62,604 nucleotides of DNA, filler included, from Sphacelaria rigidula (GCA_964200075.2; 11 parts of 11 records of this genome joined end to end with filler, not necessarily neighbours in it); one strand, 5' to 3'; positions 12,554 to 26,266 are shown, counted from the whole stretch's first letter. Notes: generated from the letters alone by a model not told the origin. Numbers and translations are program-made.

Positions 12554-15500
12554 ATATCTCTTCCCTGGACTTCGATTGTTTTTTACCGTTCTTGGGCAAA
12601 AATTCTTGTTTGGCCAAAATGAAAACTGCGGCCACCAGAAAACGGGAAGATCTCCTGGAACCGTCTCAACTATTTAATAGTAGAGCAAGTCCTTCCGAGG
12701 TGTCAAACTCCGCCAAGCTCTCTTCAAGGGCGAAAACGACGTGGAAGCTCCAAAAAGGCACTTTTACAGATTTTCAAGGGTCGGACAAATAATTATTCGT
12801 CTGGAAATTACTTGGTTTTAATGTAATTGATTCGAATCGTACGAATCAATCCCTAGGTTTTGTTTTCAGCGTTGCAACCCACGTACACGCAGCTCAGACA
12901 CGTGGAATGGCGCAAAAGCTGCGTGGATACCCCTTGGACCAGCGGTAACTTTTTTCTCCCTTTTGGGCAATCACAGGCCGAAGAAATCGTGGATTTGGTG
13001 ATTCGTAGCCATGATGATTCGTCCTAACCGTGCAGATTTTTACTCTTGTCTATTATAAGGAGCGGCCTAAACCAGCGAAAAAAAAATCAACCTGACCCAC
13101 CGAGTTTAATTGATTACGCCCTAGCGAGGACCCCCACAAAACTTCAATACAGTCGTACAGAAACACCAAACGTGGACCGGTGAGTGGCCTGCGAAATACT
13201 GTTCCGATTTTCTGCCGACCCTTAACTCATGAAAAAAAAAACTTTTGGTGCTCTTGTAAAAAACAATCATACACCCTATGCATTGTCCGTACCAATTTTT
13301 ACGCTCCAACTCTGGATATTGGCCGGCGCATGGGCTTGCAAACTTCAAATCCACCTCTAGGGTGGCCCAGCACATACATCAGAGTGGACCCAGGGACCAC
13401 AGGGAGCGCTGGAAGTGACTGAAATTTGTGTTTCTGGTAATCTTTCATCAAGACGCAAGACTTTCCTTGAGATTGGATGGTATTTTCTGCCCTACTATCA
13501 ACGGAACGGGATTACGAAGAAGCAGCGCAAGGTTGGGACGGGACGGGACGGGAAAGGTCCCCGCGGCCGCAAAAATGACGGACGGGAGCTCAGCCCATCA
13601 GCAAACAACGGGACGGCCGCCCGTCCCATCCTGATCACTTTCCTTCAGATGTTCCGCCGTGAAAGCCTTCCGATTTCGGGCGAGATCTGGGTGGGGTTCG
13701 CGACCAAAGGGTCAAGGCACGACCGAAGGGCCCGTGCCGCGTAAGGTCCCACACTGAAAATATGCGTGTGTGCGTGAGAAAGAAAATCATGTGGTTGTAC
13801 TGAGGCAATCGAGTGTCTGGATTGCTGTCTCCTGCGTGGCATAGGGTACATAAGCTACTACGTCTTGCGGGGACAATTCAAAGCCCCGTAGGTCCTGGAA
13901 GTGCTGGTGGAAGTTGGAGCGATACGTGCTGTGAATAATGCGCGAATTTCGTCTCGCCACGCCGTGACGTGATCGACTTGTGTTGTTTCTGTACTTTGTC
14001 TGGCGATGTTCTGTACTTCAGGATCAATGGGGCGTACCTACAGTTAAGGTGTGCAAACCTGTGCAAATGCATGCTCTGCAAGAGAGCGTACTGCGGGGCA
14101 AAACGAACGAAGGCTACAACTCATACAACGCGTGTTTTCTCAGGGGTGGAGCAATTCGCATCATGAGCTGGAAAAACTGGGCAAGCCAGCCAGCCAGCCC
14201 TAGATCGATACCGGGCAGGAAACGTACCGCAGGCAGCACCTCAAGTGCAGCTGCTGATTCTTTGCGAGCACATTCGTCAACGATGTGCCCTCCATATTTC
14301 GGCACATGCCCGTCTGTGCAGACCAGCGCAGTCTTCATGTTCAAGTAGGATCTGACCACATATTCGGCCCTGTGGCCTAGGGTGCTTCTCGTGTACATCA
14401 GCGTAAGTGCGATTATCGGTAATAGATACTATAGTAAGCCGGTCTGCCCCATAGACGTCAAAACTTCTCGCCTCAAACTACTGTACCTCGCATGAAAGTT
14501 GCCAACTAGAGGTGATAAGTGTGGTGCAATTTCTCGCACAAACCTCGACGTCTTTCCCTCTCGCATTATCATGCGGAGGAACCACTACAGTACGTGAAAC
14601 AGTACAACAACAGTACAGTACAGTGCAGTGCAGTAGAGTACAGTGCAGTTAGGCGCAGTAAAGTCAGCACAGGACACACTAGAGTCAGTACAGTACAAAA
14701 TCAGGAGATGGTTTCTAGACTTTCTCTGGCATGTGCTGTTGTTTGCTTCCTGGACATGTGCAACACACCATCTATCCTGTCTGTATACCGGCGACCGCAG
14801 ACAGCAGAGATAGCGCAGTCTATAAAAATTGCTCGCACAGCTCTTTCCTATATTTCATGTCACGGTGCCATTGTTGTGTTGCAGCATGGGGACTCTTGAT
14901 GATGTAAATCCGCTCACAACCCAATTCTCATCTCCTACGTTTCGCTACAAACTTCCGATCAACTGACTTTCGCTGTCACGATACCCAGTGTCGTGAGGCT
15001 GCGAACAAAATCTATCAACAGCAAACAAGTGAATCCGTGCGTGCTCTCGAGACACGTCTCGCCAAGGCACGGTCAACGAAAACAACCACGCATACCCGCA
15101 CGTGCATTCCATCACAGTTTCAAACTTGTCCCCTAATTGTGGTCAAGACAAGGTGAAAGGAACCTACCCTGAAGCGGTGTGTCCAAGATCTTCGCCCATT
15201 TCCTCGCCGGTGACCACGCCTTTATCGTTCATGATGAGGGACTTCCGAAGTCCGGTAGTGGGAATAGGCGTGGGATCTTCCTCCATCTGCCCACGATACA
15301 ACGGACCAAAATACTGCAATCACAAGCTTGGATTTCTTGCCCAGGCGATGCCTACGAGTCTATGGTGGACAAGGTCGAACGAACAATTACAACTGAGCCT
15401 GAAGTGAAATGTTGCAGTTCGTATGTACTGGTGTTGCAGGACGCTTCCCCATCCTTGGAAAAAACGGCACAGAAGTAGAGTATATACTGTTGTATAATAC

Positions 15501-17003
15501 TCTGTCTTTTGCATGCTACGGTTTTCAGCTGGATGTTGAGTAACAAACGCGTGACACTTTCAGAGGTCTTGCGGTACGGGTAGGGCAATAACAAAGCTCT
15601 GAAGTCGTCACCATGCAGGTCTGTGCATTATAAGTTGGTGGGTTAGCGGGTAGTGGACAGCACGAGCACAGGTGCCAAACTATATGTCCTGCTGTATCGT
15701 ACTGAACTACAACTGTTGATGCCTTTACCTGCAGACTGTCGGCTGTACCATATTCACTGCAGTGGCGTTCCGCAAAGAGTCACATGTCATCTCAAAGTTG
15801 TAACAAGGTGGATCGTAGACCCCATCAGCATAGCATAGTTCAGACGTGCCCTACCTTGTTTTGTCCTTGTGGGTTGCTGTTAGCTTCTCCGTCTCTCGTT
15901 GTCCCGTTGAAAGCGGACGCTCTGTTGTATGCTACCGAAATGCCCAAAAGAGCCAGTGCACCCACTGCAACACAAGTCCTAGCCCCCTTCCGACATCTCT
16001 CGTCCTCCATGATCATAAATAATTAAAACGCTGTGATCCTTTCTGTCTGAATCTATCCCGGAAATATGCCTTGCCTGTAATATACTGGTGCCTGTGGCTT
16101 TTGCGAGGATGGATGCTCCTTACCAGTCGGCAGTTTGGTGGAAGATGTGATGGGCAGCAGGGAAGTTAGTTGCGGCATCGTCTCTTTCGACGGTGCTTTC
16201 AAACGTTGGCATGAGCTTCGTTTTCCGTGCTGCAAACCTCCCAAAAAATGGTGCGAAGGGCAGACCCGCAAATACAATACAAAGCTACAGATACTTTTGC
16301 TACGCATGACGAATCTTTTGATCGTTTTACACCTCACGTGACTCTTCATTGGCCGACACATCATTTGCACTGAATGTGTGTCAGTGTTTTCAACGTCATC
16401 TGCACTCGCTCCGATATTTAGAGGTCAGAGCATCAAAAGAAACCAACGCAAACGGTGGATGAAAACAAGGCACATGCTTTCTATGCTGTTGGATGCCGAA
16501 ATATCGTCCATTGCCAGGAGAAAGTATATTATACAGAGAGGCTGACAAAACCTCGCGAAACAGCCTCCAAGTATACTTCAGAGTATTTATTAGAGCTCGG
16601 AAATGTTTTGTTTAAGCATTATAACCAGTTGAATGGTAACGCGGAGCGCTCTCATTAACCAGTTGAATGGTACATAATGATTTCGTCATTATTTGAGCGG
16701 CGCAGCCGCGAGCCAAAAAGCCCTCCCCCCCTGTAGAGGGGACTCAGCCCCGCTGGAGGCGCCGTGTAGGGGGCACGTTTTTACACGATTTGACTTCACG
16801 AGAGCTAAAAAAATAAGACAAATTTCGGGCAATTTTGAAGGGCTGTATGCAGCATACGTAGCCGGTAGCGATAAATGATGATTTGAAACCATTATCCGAA
16901 ATTGCCATATAACCATTACCATTATTACCTTTATAACAGGGTTGCCAGAAAAATGAGAACGTATTTTGAAATGGGAATCAATCGCTCCCCGGGATTGTGT
17001 CCA

Positions 17004-17103
17004 NNNNNNNNNNNNNNNNNNNNNNNNNNNNNNNNNNNNNNNNNNNNTTAATTAATTAANNNNNNNNNNNNNNNNNNNNNNNNNNNNNNNNNNNNNNNNN
17101 NNN
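17004..17103. other. Artificial contig spacer
   Basis: Same 100-bp linker. Confidence 0.99.
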
Positions 17104-17229
17104 CTTTGTAGGGATGCGAGGTCAATGGTCTTATGACTGTGGCATGCATGATCATGAGTGCACCCTCGCCCTCGCCCTATCTGCCTCCCTGTCCTTCCCC
17201 TTCCCACAAACTCTATCGGTGCTGTGCAG

Positions 17230-17406
17230 TTCTCTCTCGACGCGTACGTCGACTTATTCAACAATTCCATCGAAAGCAGTAGAACGGGGGAGGAGGACGG
17301 CGTGGCGGAACGTTGCGACGTCATCAACAAATACCACACTCTATCTGTGTACGAGTACACGTGCCGAGGACTGTTCGAACGGCATAAGCTGCTGTTCTCG
17401 CTACAG
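17230..17406 (+). CDS. DNAH2: Dynein heavy chain exon (FSLDAYVDLF...FERHKLLFSLQ)
   Basis: tgcag acceptor, gtaaaa donor, 177 nt. Confidence 0.92.
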
Positions 17407-20400
17407 GTAAAAGGAGGGGTCACGTCCCTTGGACAGCCATCGCCCACACACGAACTTCACAACTGTCAGCATGAGCTTTGGCGGACTCGGTAGACATGCC
17501 TAAGCGGGTGCGTAAACTAGTTAGGTGTTTCTGTCCGGCAAGATCCGTCTTACTTGCTTTTCTAACAAGAATAATACACATCACGTAGGTACTTTACGCC
17601 AATCTTGAGTTTGTTCAAGTACTACGGATGCGCTGTTCACAAACGAACGGCGCACGATTAACGCCAAACTTCCTGATGACATTGTATATGCACAAGTCTG
17701 CTGTTGTGAGGGGAAAAAGCAAGCTAAGGACGGCGTCGAAGTGTGCTCATCCGGCACCGTCGGCATTGTTGACTTCTCCGAGAAGTGCATAGCTGACAAA
17801 TCTTGAGTGACAAACGCTGACCGTCGTCCAACCCTATGTTATACAAGCCCGTATGAAGTGCTGCGCTAAAACCGTCAACGTATTTGCGTGGTTAAAATGC
17901 CTTTGCATGTCGCAGTTGTGTTTCCGTATTCTGGCCCAAGAGAAGAAGGTCCCGGCGGAGGAGTTCAACTTTTTCCTCTATGGAGGGGTTGTGGTGGACC
18001 GGTACGTGTTTGCCAGATTTTCGTTGATCTACACCCCTAGGTTTTCGGTAGCGTATCTGGTGATGAGATATTTTGGGTGCTGATGTTATCATGCGATCGA
18101 TATCGGGGGCGAGAACGTTTGATTGTACAAATTTAAGGGGGGTGTGGGTGTGTTTTCATGACCTCACACACTTTTGATGAAGTTCTGAGGGGGTGGAAAC
18201 ATTTTTCTATACATGAGTTATACTGATACCAAGAACATTCAAGTGGATAATTGCGCATGCCGCGACCTTGTAAGTGACTCCTCTGTGCGATAAGTGGCTT
18301 AACCGCTCCCGACCCTATCGTGGAATCGCTCGCCAGGCAAGAACCATTTCGCGATTTTGTCTAGCGGCGAAATGATATTTCGCCGATAATTTACCGCCGA
18401 TGCTTTGATCGTAGAAAAGCTGGTGTAGTACGCATGGCCACAGACTGAACGTCGCAAGTGACGACGGGCGTGTCGATGGTTGTCGAGATGTTGGACATGA
18501 CGAATCGGAGATCTATCTCTACAGACAGAAACACTGATTCATATGTCAAAGCCGCAAAAGCAAACAACGAAGAAACGGCCCAAAAGCAACGAAATAAGAA
18601 GTCGACCAGAACATGGTGGAAAATGAGTCTAGCAGCGTAATTTGCATACTGCGGAGGAGGCAACTGTCCGTGCCCTCAACAATCCTCTCTTGATGAAATG
18701 GCACTGATTCCTAAACACTACTCCGTTGCCATAGGTCCGGGCAACGACCAAACCCTTGCAAAGAATGGGTGGACGAGGGCGTGTGGGACAGTGTCACCGA
18801 ACTCGACAAGCTCAACGCCTTTTCGGGCTTTGCTCTTTCTTTCGAGCAGGTGAGATACAGCCCCATGTGCTGCGAATGTCAACTCAACCCTGTGAACACC
18901 TGAACACCATCTATCGCGGTGTTACTAGAGCATTTCCCGTTCCTGGCAATGATCCGGAAATCCGTCGCTACAGGAATTGACGAACGACCGTAATAAAATC
19001 TCTACGTGCATACGCTGAATTGTTCCTCCAAACTTGGAAAAAATGACTGATTTCTAATGGTCATTCTGAACGGTGTTTTTGCGTTTTCCCCTTCGCACTA
19101 GTTCCGACTTTCCAATGTCACTGCGGAGGTTGCGACGTGCAGAGAAACAATATCGCGGAAAACCGTCACCATGGTGAAAGCGAAAAGTGCACAGGTGGCA
19201 AACAGTACGCCGTTTAATCGCGACCTCTGACCTCAAACCTACGACATGAGTGAAGCAAAGATTTGAAACAAGTAGGGGGGTGTCACCCAGTCTTTGTAAT
19301 ATCTACGCCTTCTGTTATGCGATATCACCATGCACACAGCGCGTGACTCCCCAACGTGCTCTGACCAACGTGCTTTACCGTCCCTATCCACCAGTCCCCA
19401 CGCGAATGGAGAGCATGGTTCTTGTCCGCAAAACCTGAAGAATCAACACTTCCCGGGGACTGGGAGAACAAGTGTTCCGATCTGCAACGTCTATGCGTTC
19501 TACGGTCTCTCAGGGCGGACCGTATCCTATTTTCAGCCGCCACCTATGTGTCCAACAATCTTGGACCTCAGTTCGCTGACCCGCCGAACTTCGATTTAAA
19601 GGTCAGCGCTTCTCCTCGGTACAACAAGCCCCGAGTTGCTGATCCCCAGCAGAACGAACTCCCGATGCACGTACAGAAACTTTCGAACCAGTTTCTTCTG
19701 CGCAAACATAACTCATCCCAAGCTTGAACATGCTGGTGAGCCTCAGCTGCGTGCCTTCTGCATACAGAAAGCTTCAGTCAGAGGCTTCACTCCCCGGCTT
19801 CGAGAGTCAAGGGTTCGGGGAACTTTATCGTAATTCAACCTCAACTATTGGCGAATTTCGCCCAGTGTTGATCAAGACTTATCCACGAAGAGGAAGGTGA
19901 AAAACCTCGTATTCGGCATTTCACGTCCCTGTTCGTCATCGCGGTTCTGCTTACCGAATGCTGCAGATGGTGTTCAACGGGTCAACGACAAAGACGCCAT
20001 TGATCTTCGTCCTTTCCCCTGGGGTGGATCCCACGGCACAGGTGCGAAACTCGTAGACGTAAAAAAGTTGTTGTGCGCAGTGAATCGGCAGGAGGTACCA
20101 CAGTATGTGCTATTCAACACGGACACTCTGTATTTAGACTGCCATATAGCACGGTATATATTGCAGAAAAACGGGAGAAATATCGATTGACGTCTCATGG
20201 GCTTCAGTGCTGTAGCGTGGCCGGCGTGGGTCATATACAACCCATGTGGCCGGCAGGTGTATCACCAGGTGGAGTTTGTTCATACTACATCGAATAGTTT
20301 CAAGACAGGAAACATAGTGGCTGTAAATTCTACAACCTGACTCGTATACTGTCTGTGGGTTTTTTTCGTGTATAATCGTTTTTCGATACAATGATGTAAC

Positions 20401-22056
20401 AGTTTTCAGCAGCGGGTGAAATTTCCTCTCGACACAATGCTGTAAGCAATTTTCGGTGCCGTATTCCCTCAGAATAGGTCGTACAGTAGTCGGTACAATA
20501 CCACCTCAGAACGAGCGTTGCGGGGTAATCGCGAAATCCGAAATTTCAAAGACCCGAGTTTGAAGGGTGACTTGTGCTGCAAGTGCTAGGGAAACATACG
20601 TCTCGACTCTCTATTAAAGAGTCCAGTGTTCCCAAATGAGCGCCGGGGATCTTTTGATTTTCAACGAATGTGTGCTCAAATTTGGGCGGAATTTCTGGCC
20701 GTCCTCCGTCTTGATTCACGAGCCCCGCATGGACTCATGATTCTGTACCGCACAGTGAAAACGCTGCATCGTTCTTCTTTGGTAAACGACCCCTTCCTGT
20801 TCGATAATCCTGTTCTCACTGATATTGGTTGTAGGTCCAAGCACTCTCTGCCGCACAAGGCATAAAGATGACGAATGTGGCGCTGGGGCAAGGTCAGGCA
20901 CCGGCGGCCATCCGAATGATCGAGGAAGGATCGAGAGATGGAAACTGGGTGTTCTTGGCCAACTGTCACCTCATGCTCTCGTGGATGCCTGTTCTGGAGA
21001 AGGCACGTGCTGTTTTTTTTAACGATACAGTCGCTCAACTAAGTGTGGTTGTACATCATGAGCAGTTCATGAACTTGCATAATCTGCTTTCCCGGAGATG
21101 GTATACTTATTCCTTTCCAAAGTGAGGGTTTTGAGAGCCAATAATAGTCGTCGGTTCGCATGCACAAACCCAAGTTCCCTTCCTTCCCGGACATGCGGGT
21201 TAACATCCACGGTATCACCAAAAGCAGCGATTATTTCTCACAACATAATGCTACGGAGAGGTGCAACAACTCGGGAGGGAAGCGCGATCGATACTGGGGG
21301 AACAACACTGCCCGTTGACATTGACAGTGCAGACAATACTCGCATAATTTTCTCTCTTTATTGACTATCTCTAAGCTCTCCCCCAGTGTAAATCGTACTC
21401 CTAGCGGCAGTTTGGTGGTTCGGTAGCTGGCAAACCAGACGAGAGTGATTATGAGGTCCGTAACCATGATATATAATCCCCCGAGACTGCAAATGTGGGG
21501 GCATAGCAAAGAGCCCATGAATGTTCAGTTGTACCGGAACAGTTTTTCGTCGTTGGGCACTACGTCGCTCGATCGGTTTTTGCGGTTCACGAGGAAACCC
21601 CGGCCCGAAGGGCGAACCATTCATTACAGCCGTATGATGTAGCGTAAACATGTATCCGTGCTCTGTCCTAGAGTCTTCATAGAAGAGACACAAACAAATC
21701 CACCCAATCTGGTAGATTCATAGTTGCCGGTAGTAGTGTTCCACAAGAAAAAAGAGCCGATAGCGAACTGGTATCGTCCAGTTGGCGTCTTGAAATGTTG
21801 TAGCTGCTGATCCTGCGCTGCGATAAAAATCTCTCTGCCGGCATCATCCTTGCTATACCCATGCCCACTTTACTTGTTTCAGATCGTGGAGGACCTTTGT
21901 GTTGGTGAACCTCACACCGACTTCCGGCTGTGGCTGTCTTCGGCACCAAACCCCAAATTTCCAATTTCAATCCTGAGATGTGGACTGAAGATGACGACGG
22001 AACCACCCGCGGGTCTGCGGGCAAACATGGCCACCTTGTACAACCTCGTTAGCCAG
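17230..22056 (+). CDS. DNAH2: Axonemal dynein heavy chain (DNAH2/DHC10, inner arm I1-beta-like), partial, 7 exons
   Basis: Exons 17230-17406, 17916-18001, 18735-18849, 19395-19601, 19967-20041, 20835-21002, 21883-22056 splice in frame to give FSLDAYVDLF...YTCRGLFERHKLLFS...PLIFVLSPGVDP...LGQGQAP...GNWVFLANCHL...FRLWLSS...ISIL..GLKMTTEPPAGLRANM (AAA5-AAA6 region); paralog assignment from recalled motifs. Confidence 0.93.
17916..18001 (+). CDS. DNAH2: Dynein heavy chain exon (LCFRIL...FFLYGGVVVDR)
   Basis: cgcag acceptor, gtacgt donor. Confidence 0.9.
18735..18849 (+). CDS. DNAH2: Dynein heavy chain exon (SGQRPNPCKEW...LSFEQ)
   Basis: catag acceptor, gtgaga donor; phase-compatible with previous exon. 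Confidence 0.9.
19395..19601 (+). CDS. DNAH2: Dynein heavy chain exon (SPREWRAWF...LRSLRADR...DPPNFDLK)
   Basis: accag acceptor, gtcagc donor. Confidence 0.92.
19967..20041 (+). CDS. DNAH2: Dynein heavy chain exon (MVFNGSTTKTPLIFVLSPGVDPTAQ)
   Basis: tgcag acceptor, gtgcga donor; AAA6 LSPGVDP motif. Confidence 0.92.
20835..21002 (+). CDS. DNAH2: Dynein heavy chain exon (VQALS...LGQGQAP...WMPVLEK), GC donor
   Basis: tgtag acceptor; AAG|gcacgt non-canonical donor keeps frame. Confidence 0.9.
21883..22056 (+). CDS. DNAH2: Dynein heavy chain exon (IVEDL...FRLWLSS...LYNLVSQ)
   Basis: ttcag acceptor, gtttga donor. Confidence 0.92.
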
Positions 22057-22570
22057 GTTTGACCATACTAACATTCCTACCGTGGCGCGCGTGCGATACG
22101 GAAGGAATAATCGCGTCGTATTGTTTCTGAGGCAACACCTCAAAGTGTTGCTAAACACAATGGGTGTCGGGTATTTTATTGTACTTTATTTCGTGATTTA
22201 TGTGGTGTTTTTTGGTACTTGCTGAGGACTTCAGTCTGCATGTGGTTCACTGCGATGCATGTTGATAGAGTCTTGTATGCCGGGTACGGGTACAGGAGAG
22301 CACTCTCCGAGGCGAATACGACGGAGCCACGAGGCAGCGGCAGTAGAGTACCTACGCTTTCGGCGCTTTCAGGCCTATGTCGTGTGATATTTCATAAGGG
22401 AGTAGTCGGCTGACCACAGTACCTCCTCCTCCGAAGGCAGAAGCTTGAGGTGGCTTCTTCGTTCATTAGGATGATGGCATTCCCACTCATGATTATCGAT
22501 TTGAGCGCTTCACCATGATAACATAGTTAGATCCACGCATTTTCCCGTTGCCGTGATCGTCTATATATAA

Positions 22571-22704
22571 CAGTGTTTTCGTGATATTGAGAGTTGATGG
22601 CACGATTGAGAGTGGCTTTGATCATTCGCTTTAGGTGAGTCATTCTTATATTCCGCGTGTGCTTTTCTTTACCTCTATCTCTTGCGTGTGCTTACAGCTA
22701 CACG
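22571..22704 (+). mobile_element. hAT-like MITE family copy, truncated by contig end
   Basis: CAGTGTTTTCGTGATATTGAGAG...GGCTTTGATCATTCGCTT matches 39237-39528 and (inverted) 26267-26561. Confidence 0.7.
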
Positions 22705-22804
22705 NNNNNNNNNNNNNNNNNNNNNNNNNNNNNNNNNNNNNNNNNNNNTTAATTAATTAANNNNNNNNNNNNNNNNNNNNNNNNNNNNNNNNNNNNNNNN
22801 NNNN
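22705..22804. other. Artificial contig spacer
   Basis: Same 100-bp linker. Confidence 0.99.
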
Positions 22805-23304
22805 ACGTTTCTTCCATACATTACACAAAAACCTTTTACATATCTTTTCCCCGTCCTGTTTCGCCGTCTCTGGCCACCTTGAGCATGGGGGGTAGGGGGA
22901 AAACACAAACTAATATTTTTCCTGAACGTGAAACATCCCTCGCGGAGGCAAACAGGGATCAGAACGGAAGATTAACTTTCCATCGGATTTTGTCGTCATC
23001 GATCGCCACTACGATGACGGGCTGCGTTTTCTGAATATTTGATGTCACAAGTTTGCACCGCAACCGCAGAATGAGATATCCGGGAGATACTGAAAAGTCG
23101 ATCCTGCATGTATGTTAGGTGAGCGTTGATGGATAAACTGCGGTATGGCGCTGTATGATCTTTTTGAAAAAAGATATACTTCGAGGTATAAAATATCCAT
23201 TTCATCCCACTCCACTTTTTTTTCCGCGCGTTTTTCTTTTTTCATTTCGCATGATGCCTTGTTCGATGTTTTGGTTTGATCGTTTGTTTGTACTGTTTTC
23301 GCAG

Positions 23305-24095
23305 ATGCCTGGGCGAGGCGTGCAGGGTCGCGTCAGCTCATCTTACAACTTCCACCAGTACGTGCTCAAGGAGCATTTGGTGTCGCAGAAGAATCTTCTC
23401 CATGAGGTCAGCGACTTTTTCGTGTTGCTGCGTTGGACTGTCTTACAACCGCGCAACTATTGGGTCGCGTGAGATTCAGAGATAACATGCGGATTTGGAT
23501 GAAAACTTTTCGATGGTCTAGTGCTGCATGTGGTGTCTGCTGTTGTGTCCCAGTTCTATTTGGTGGTTCGCTGCGAGTGGCGCTTGACTGGGACATTAAA
23601 GGCGTGGCGATGCCAAACAGGCGCACTTCTTCCTGTTTCCTTCAGCGACGCGCCAAGGTCATTTTCGCCTACACCTTAGCTTCTATGTAGTGTTAGTGTT
23701 CATATGCACCCCCCTGAAGTTTCACCTCCTTGGGTGCCTCAGCGCATGAGCACTAAGAGCCGCTGTCACGGCATCGTGGTTGCTCTCCATTTCACCGGAG
23801 TTATCACAGCATTCCTTTCTGTAAAATGTACGAGATTGTGTATTGTCGTGTTCCAGCCAATTGTAACGGCACTGACGTGCCGGCCGCGGGTGCCATGCTT
23901 CGTGTTCTTGTCGTTGTCCAGGATCCCCGCACAGAGCTGCTCAAATACGACGAAGAGGCCAAGAAGAACGGAGGAGAATTTTTGGGGTCGGCTTACCGTG
24001 CGACGCAGCCGGAGGGTGGTGGCATGCACAATCGTACCTTGGAAGAAGAGGAGGAGGATTTCAAGGACGAGCAGAAGAAGCTGTTAGATTCGTGA
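23305..24095 (+). CDS. WDR70: WD repeat-containing protein 70, last two exons (23305-23406, 23922-24095)
   Basis: Spliced MPGRGVQGRVSSSYNFHQYVLKEHL...HE|DPRTELLKYDEEAKK...GSAYRATQP...LEEEEEDF...* fits the WDR70/GAD-1 C-terminus (G.G.GGRV...DPREA.L.Y...AY..TQP + acidic tail); canonical GT-AG sites. Confidence 0.8.
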
Positions 24096-25376
24096 TTTAA
24101 CCAGTCCGTCTTTCTTGCAATGGCAAGCTCGTTACGCGTTTTTCGTTGTTGCTGCGACCCGAGTGCTGCGCGTTAGCTGTATCTTTTGGTAGAGAACATC
24201 ATATTTTTTTTTGTCTTGGCGTTCGTTCATCAGGTTTCCGGGCAGACGTCTGACGGCACACTTGTTTTTCTTGTGTGTCATTGCCCAGTTTTTCTGGGTT
24301 TTGTTGGTTCCTTCATCGTGTGGGAGACATTGCATCTGGCGCCCTGCTTTGTTGATATGTCAGAGGTTCAGGGGTTGTGTTGTGTCGTACAAATGTAGAT
24401 CGGTCATGGTGGCTGTGGGTTGCTTGGGGTAGTTACAGCGCCACAACATCGTTTTCACGAGTGAATCTCAAGTACTGTAGAAGTCGATATATATTTCACT
24501 CTGTGGGGGTCAGGCAGGAGAGATACAGTCGAAAGGACGCAGCTACGTAGAGAAGAAGCGTAACATAATCTGCTCTCACTGGCGAATCAAAGCTCCATGG
24601 GCCGCGTGCTCGATCCATGCTGTACAATTTTTGGTGGCCCTTGCACATGATGGGTTAATTACCTCGGCATATTTCTTGTTGGGTAACGGTGCTCTCTATG
24701 GTGGCAGATGCCCGTTGTTCAGTATTATCTGACGCCATCAGATAGCTAGTGTTATGCTTCTCTAAGACGATGTGTCTCTAGCGTACCTCAAAAGGATGTT
24801 GTGGTGTTTTCTCCCGTTCATCAATATTTTCCTCATTTCCCTCTCAGCTCCCTCTTGTCGGTCACTACACGTGGTCGACAGCACATGTCTCAATGCTTCT
24901 GCTGGGCAATCGGGAAGAGCCTTGGCCTAGCTGGTTAGGGTACGGTGTTGGAGGGGTCTACTCATGATCATGCATGCCATAGTCATGAGACCATTGACCT
25001 CGCATCCCTACAATGCCGGGACGGAGCACGCCGGGTTGGGGGGGAAACAATAGTAGGAGATCAATAACGGCAAACCGTCACTCACTCTTGAGGTATGCTA
25101 ACGACACATCGTTTTCGAGGTGCCGTACCACAAGCTATCTGCTGGCGTCAACGTTAGCATCAATTTTCCCTTCCAACCTGTACCCTACCCCAACTACTGT
25201 AGGCCAAGGCCCATCCCGAGTGTTGAGCAATAGCATTGAGACAGCTGATGCAGTCAATTGTGGTGTCTGACGAGAGCGCAGAAAATGGGAAACGAAGATA
25301 GATGGAGGGAAACAAATCATCACACACTCCTGAGGTAGGGTAACGACACATCGTTTTGGAAAAGCCGTACCACTAA

Positions 25377-25813
25377 CACGGGATCTTACAAATTGAGGAT
25401 GGATATTTTATTGAGGATGGGAAACCCCGAGAATTAAAATCTTCGTATCCACACCAAATCTTCGAAACATGGTTCCATTCCTTCGCCTACTGATGGCTAT
25501 TGACAACTGCTACACGCCATAGAAATTTGGATCTCGATCACCGAAATGTTGGGGTCCTAGGTAAAAAACCAATTTTGGGGAATTCCGGCTGTCCGAACGG
25601 ACACCAAAATGGTTCCGAAATTGTTTTTCCACCTAGGACCCCAAACTTTCGGTGATCGAAATCCAAATTTCTGTGGCGTATAGCAGTTGTCAATAGCCAT
25701 TAGTAGGTGAAGAAATGGAACCATATTTCGAAGATTTGGTGTGGATACGAATATTTAACTCCGGGTCTCTCATCCCCAATAAAAGATCCATCCCCAATTT
25801 GTAAGATCCCGTG
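25377..25813. mobile_element. Foldback MITE (~437 bp, ~195-bp inverted arms)
   Basis: CACGGGATCTTACAAATT...AATTTGTAAGATCCCGTG; nearly whole element palindromic; second copy at 55105-55544. Confidence 0.9.
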
Positions 25814-26266
25814 TTTCTAGCTGTCCGCTAGGGTCAGTAATATCGGACACCATGTGGATTGAACATCAGCACAGCACCACTTTACTCCTGTGCACTGACA
25901 GGGTGTGGGCCAGGGTGTACAGGAGCTATGTCGCGAGTGTACTCTTTGGTTGAGACATCCGCAAGATTGCTCGGCTCCAGAACAGCCTGGTTCGCGTCAT
26001 GACGTCATGATGACATCCCGCCAAACACTAATTAATGAACCGCTCATGACAGGGAGCCGCCTGTGACCCCCCTGGACCACGCATATTCGTTCGGTGTTTT
26101 GGGAGGCTACGTGGCGCGAGAGAGTCCTGTATTTCATATCAGCACACCGGTATCCAAGAAGCGGGTGGTGAAAAACACAGATGGTCCAGTTCAGTCAGAG
26201 CTGTACCCACGGGTACAAGCATTTTTAGTCGACTTGTAGCCGTTTGTCATATACAACTGAAGTCTC

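Noticed and set aside
12253..12792. 179-aa ORF
   Set aside because: Alternative frame over the YR relic running into unrelated repeat sequence; no motifs
14228..16232. Minus-strand candidate exons (~14228-14430, ~15170-15314, ~16123-16228)
   Set aside because: Splice-like sites exist but I could not build a phase-consistent chain or recognise a protein
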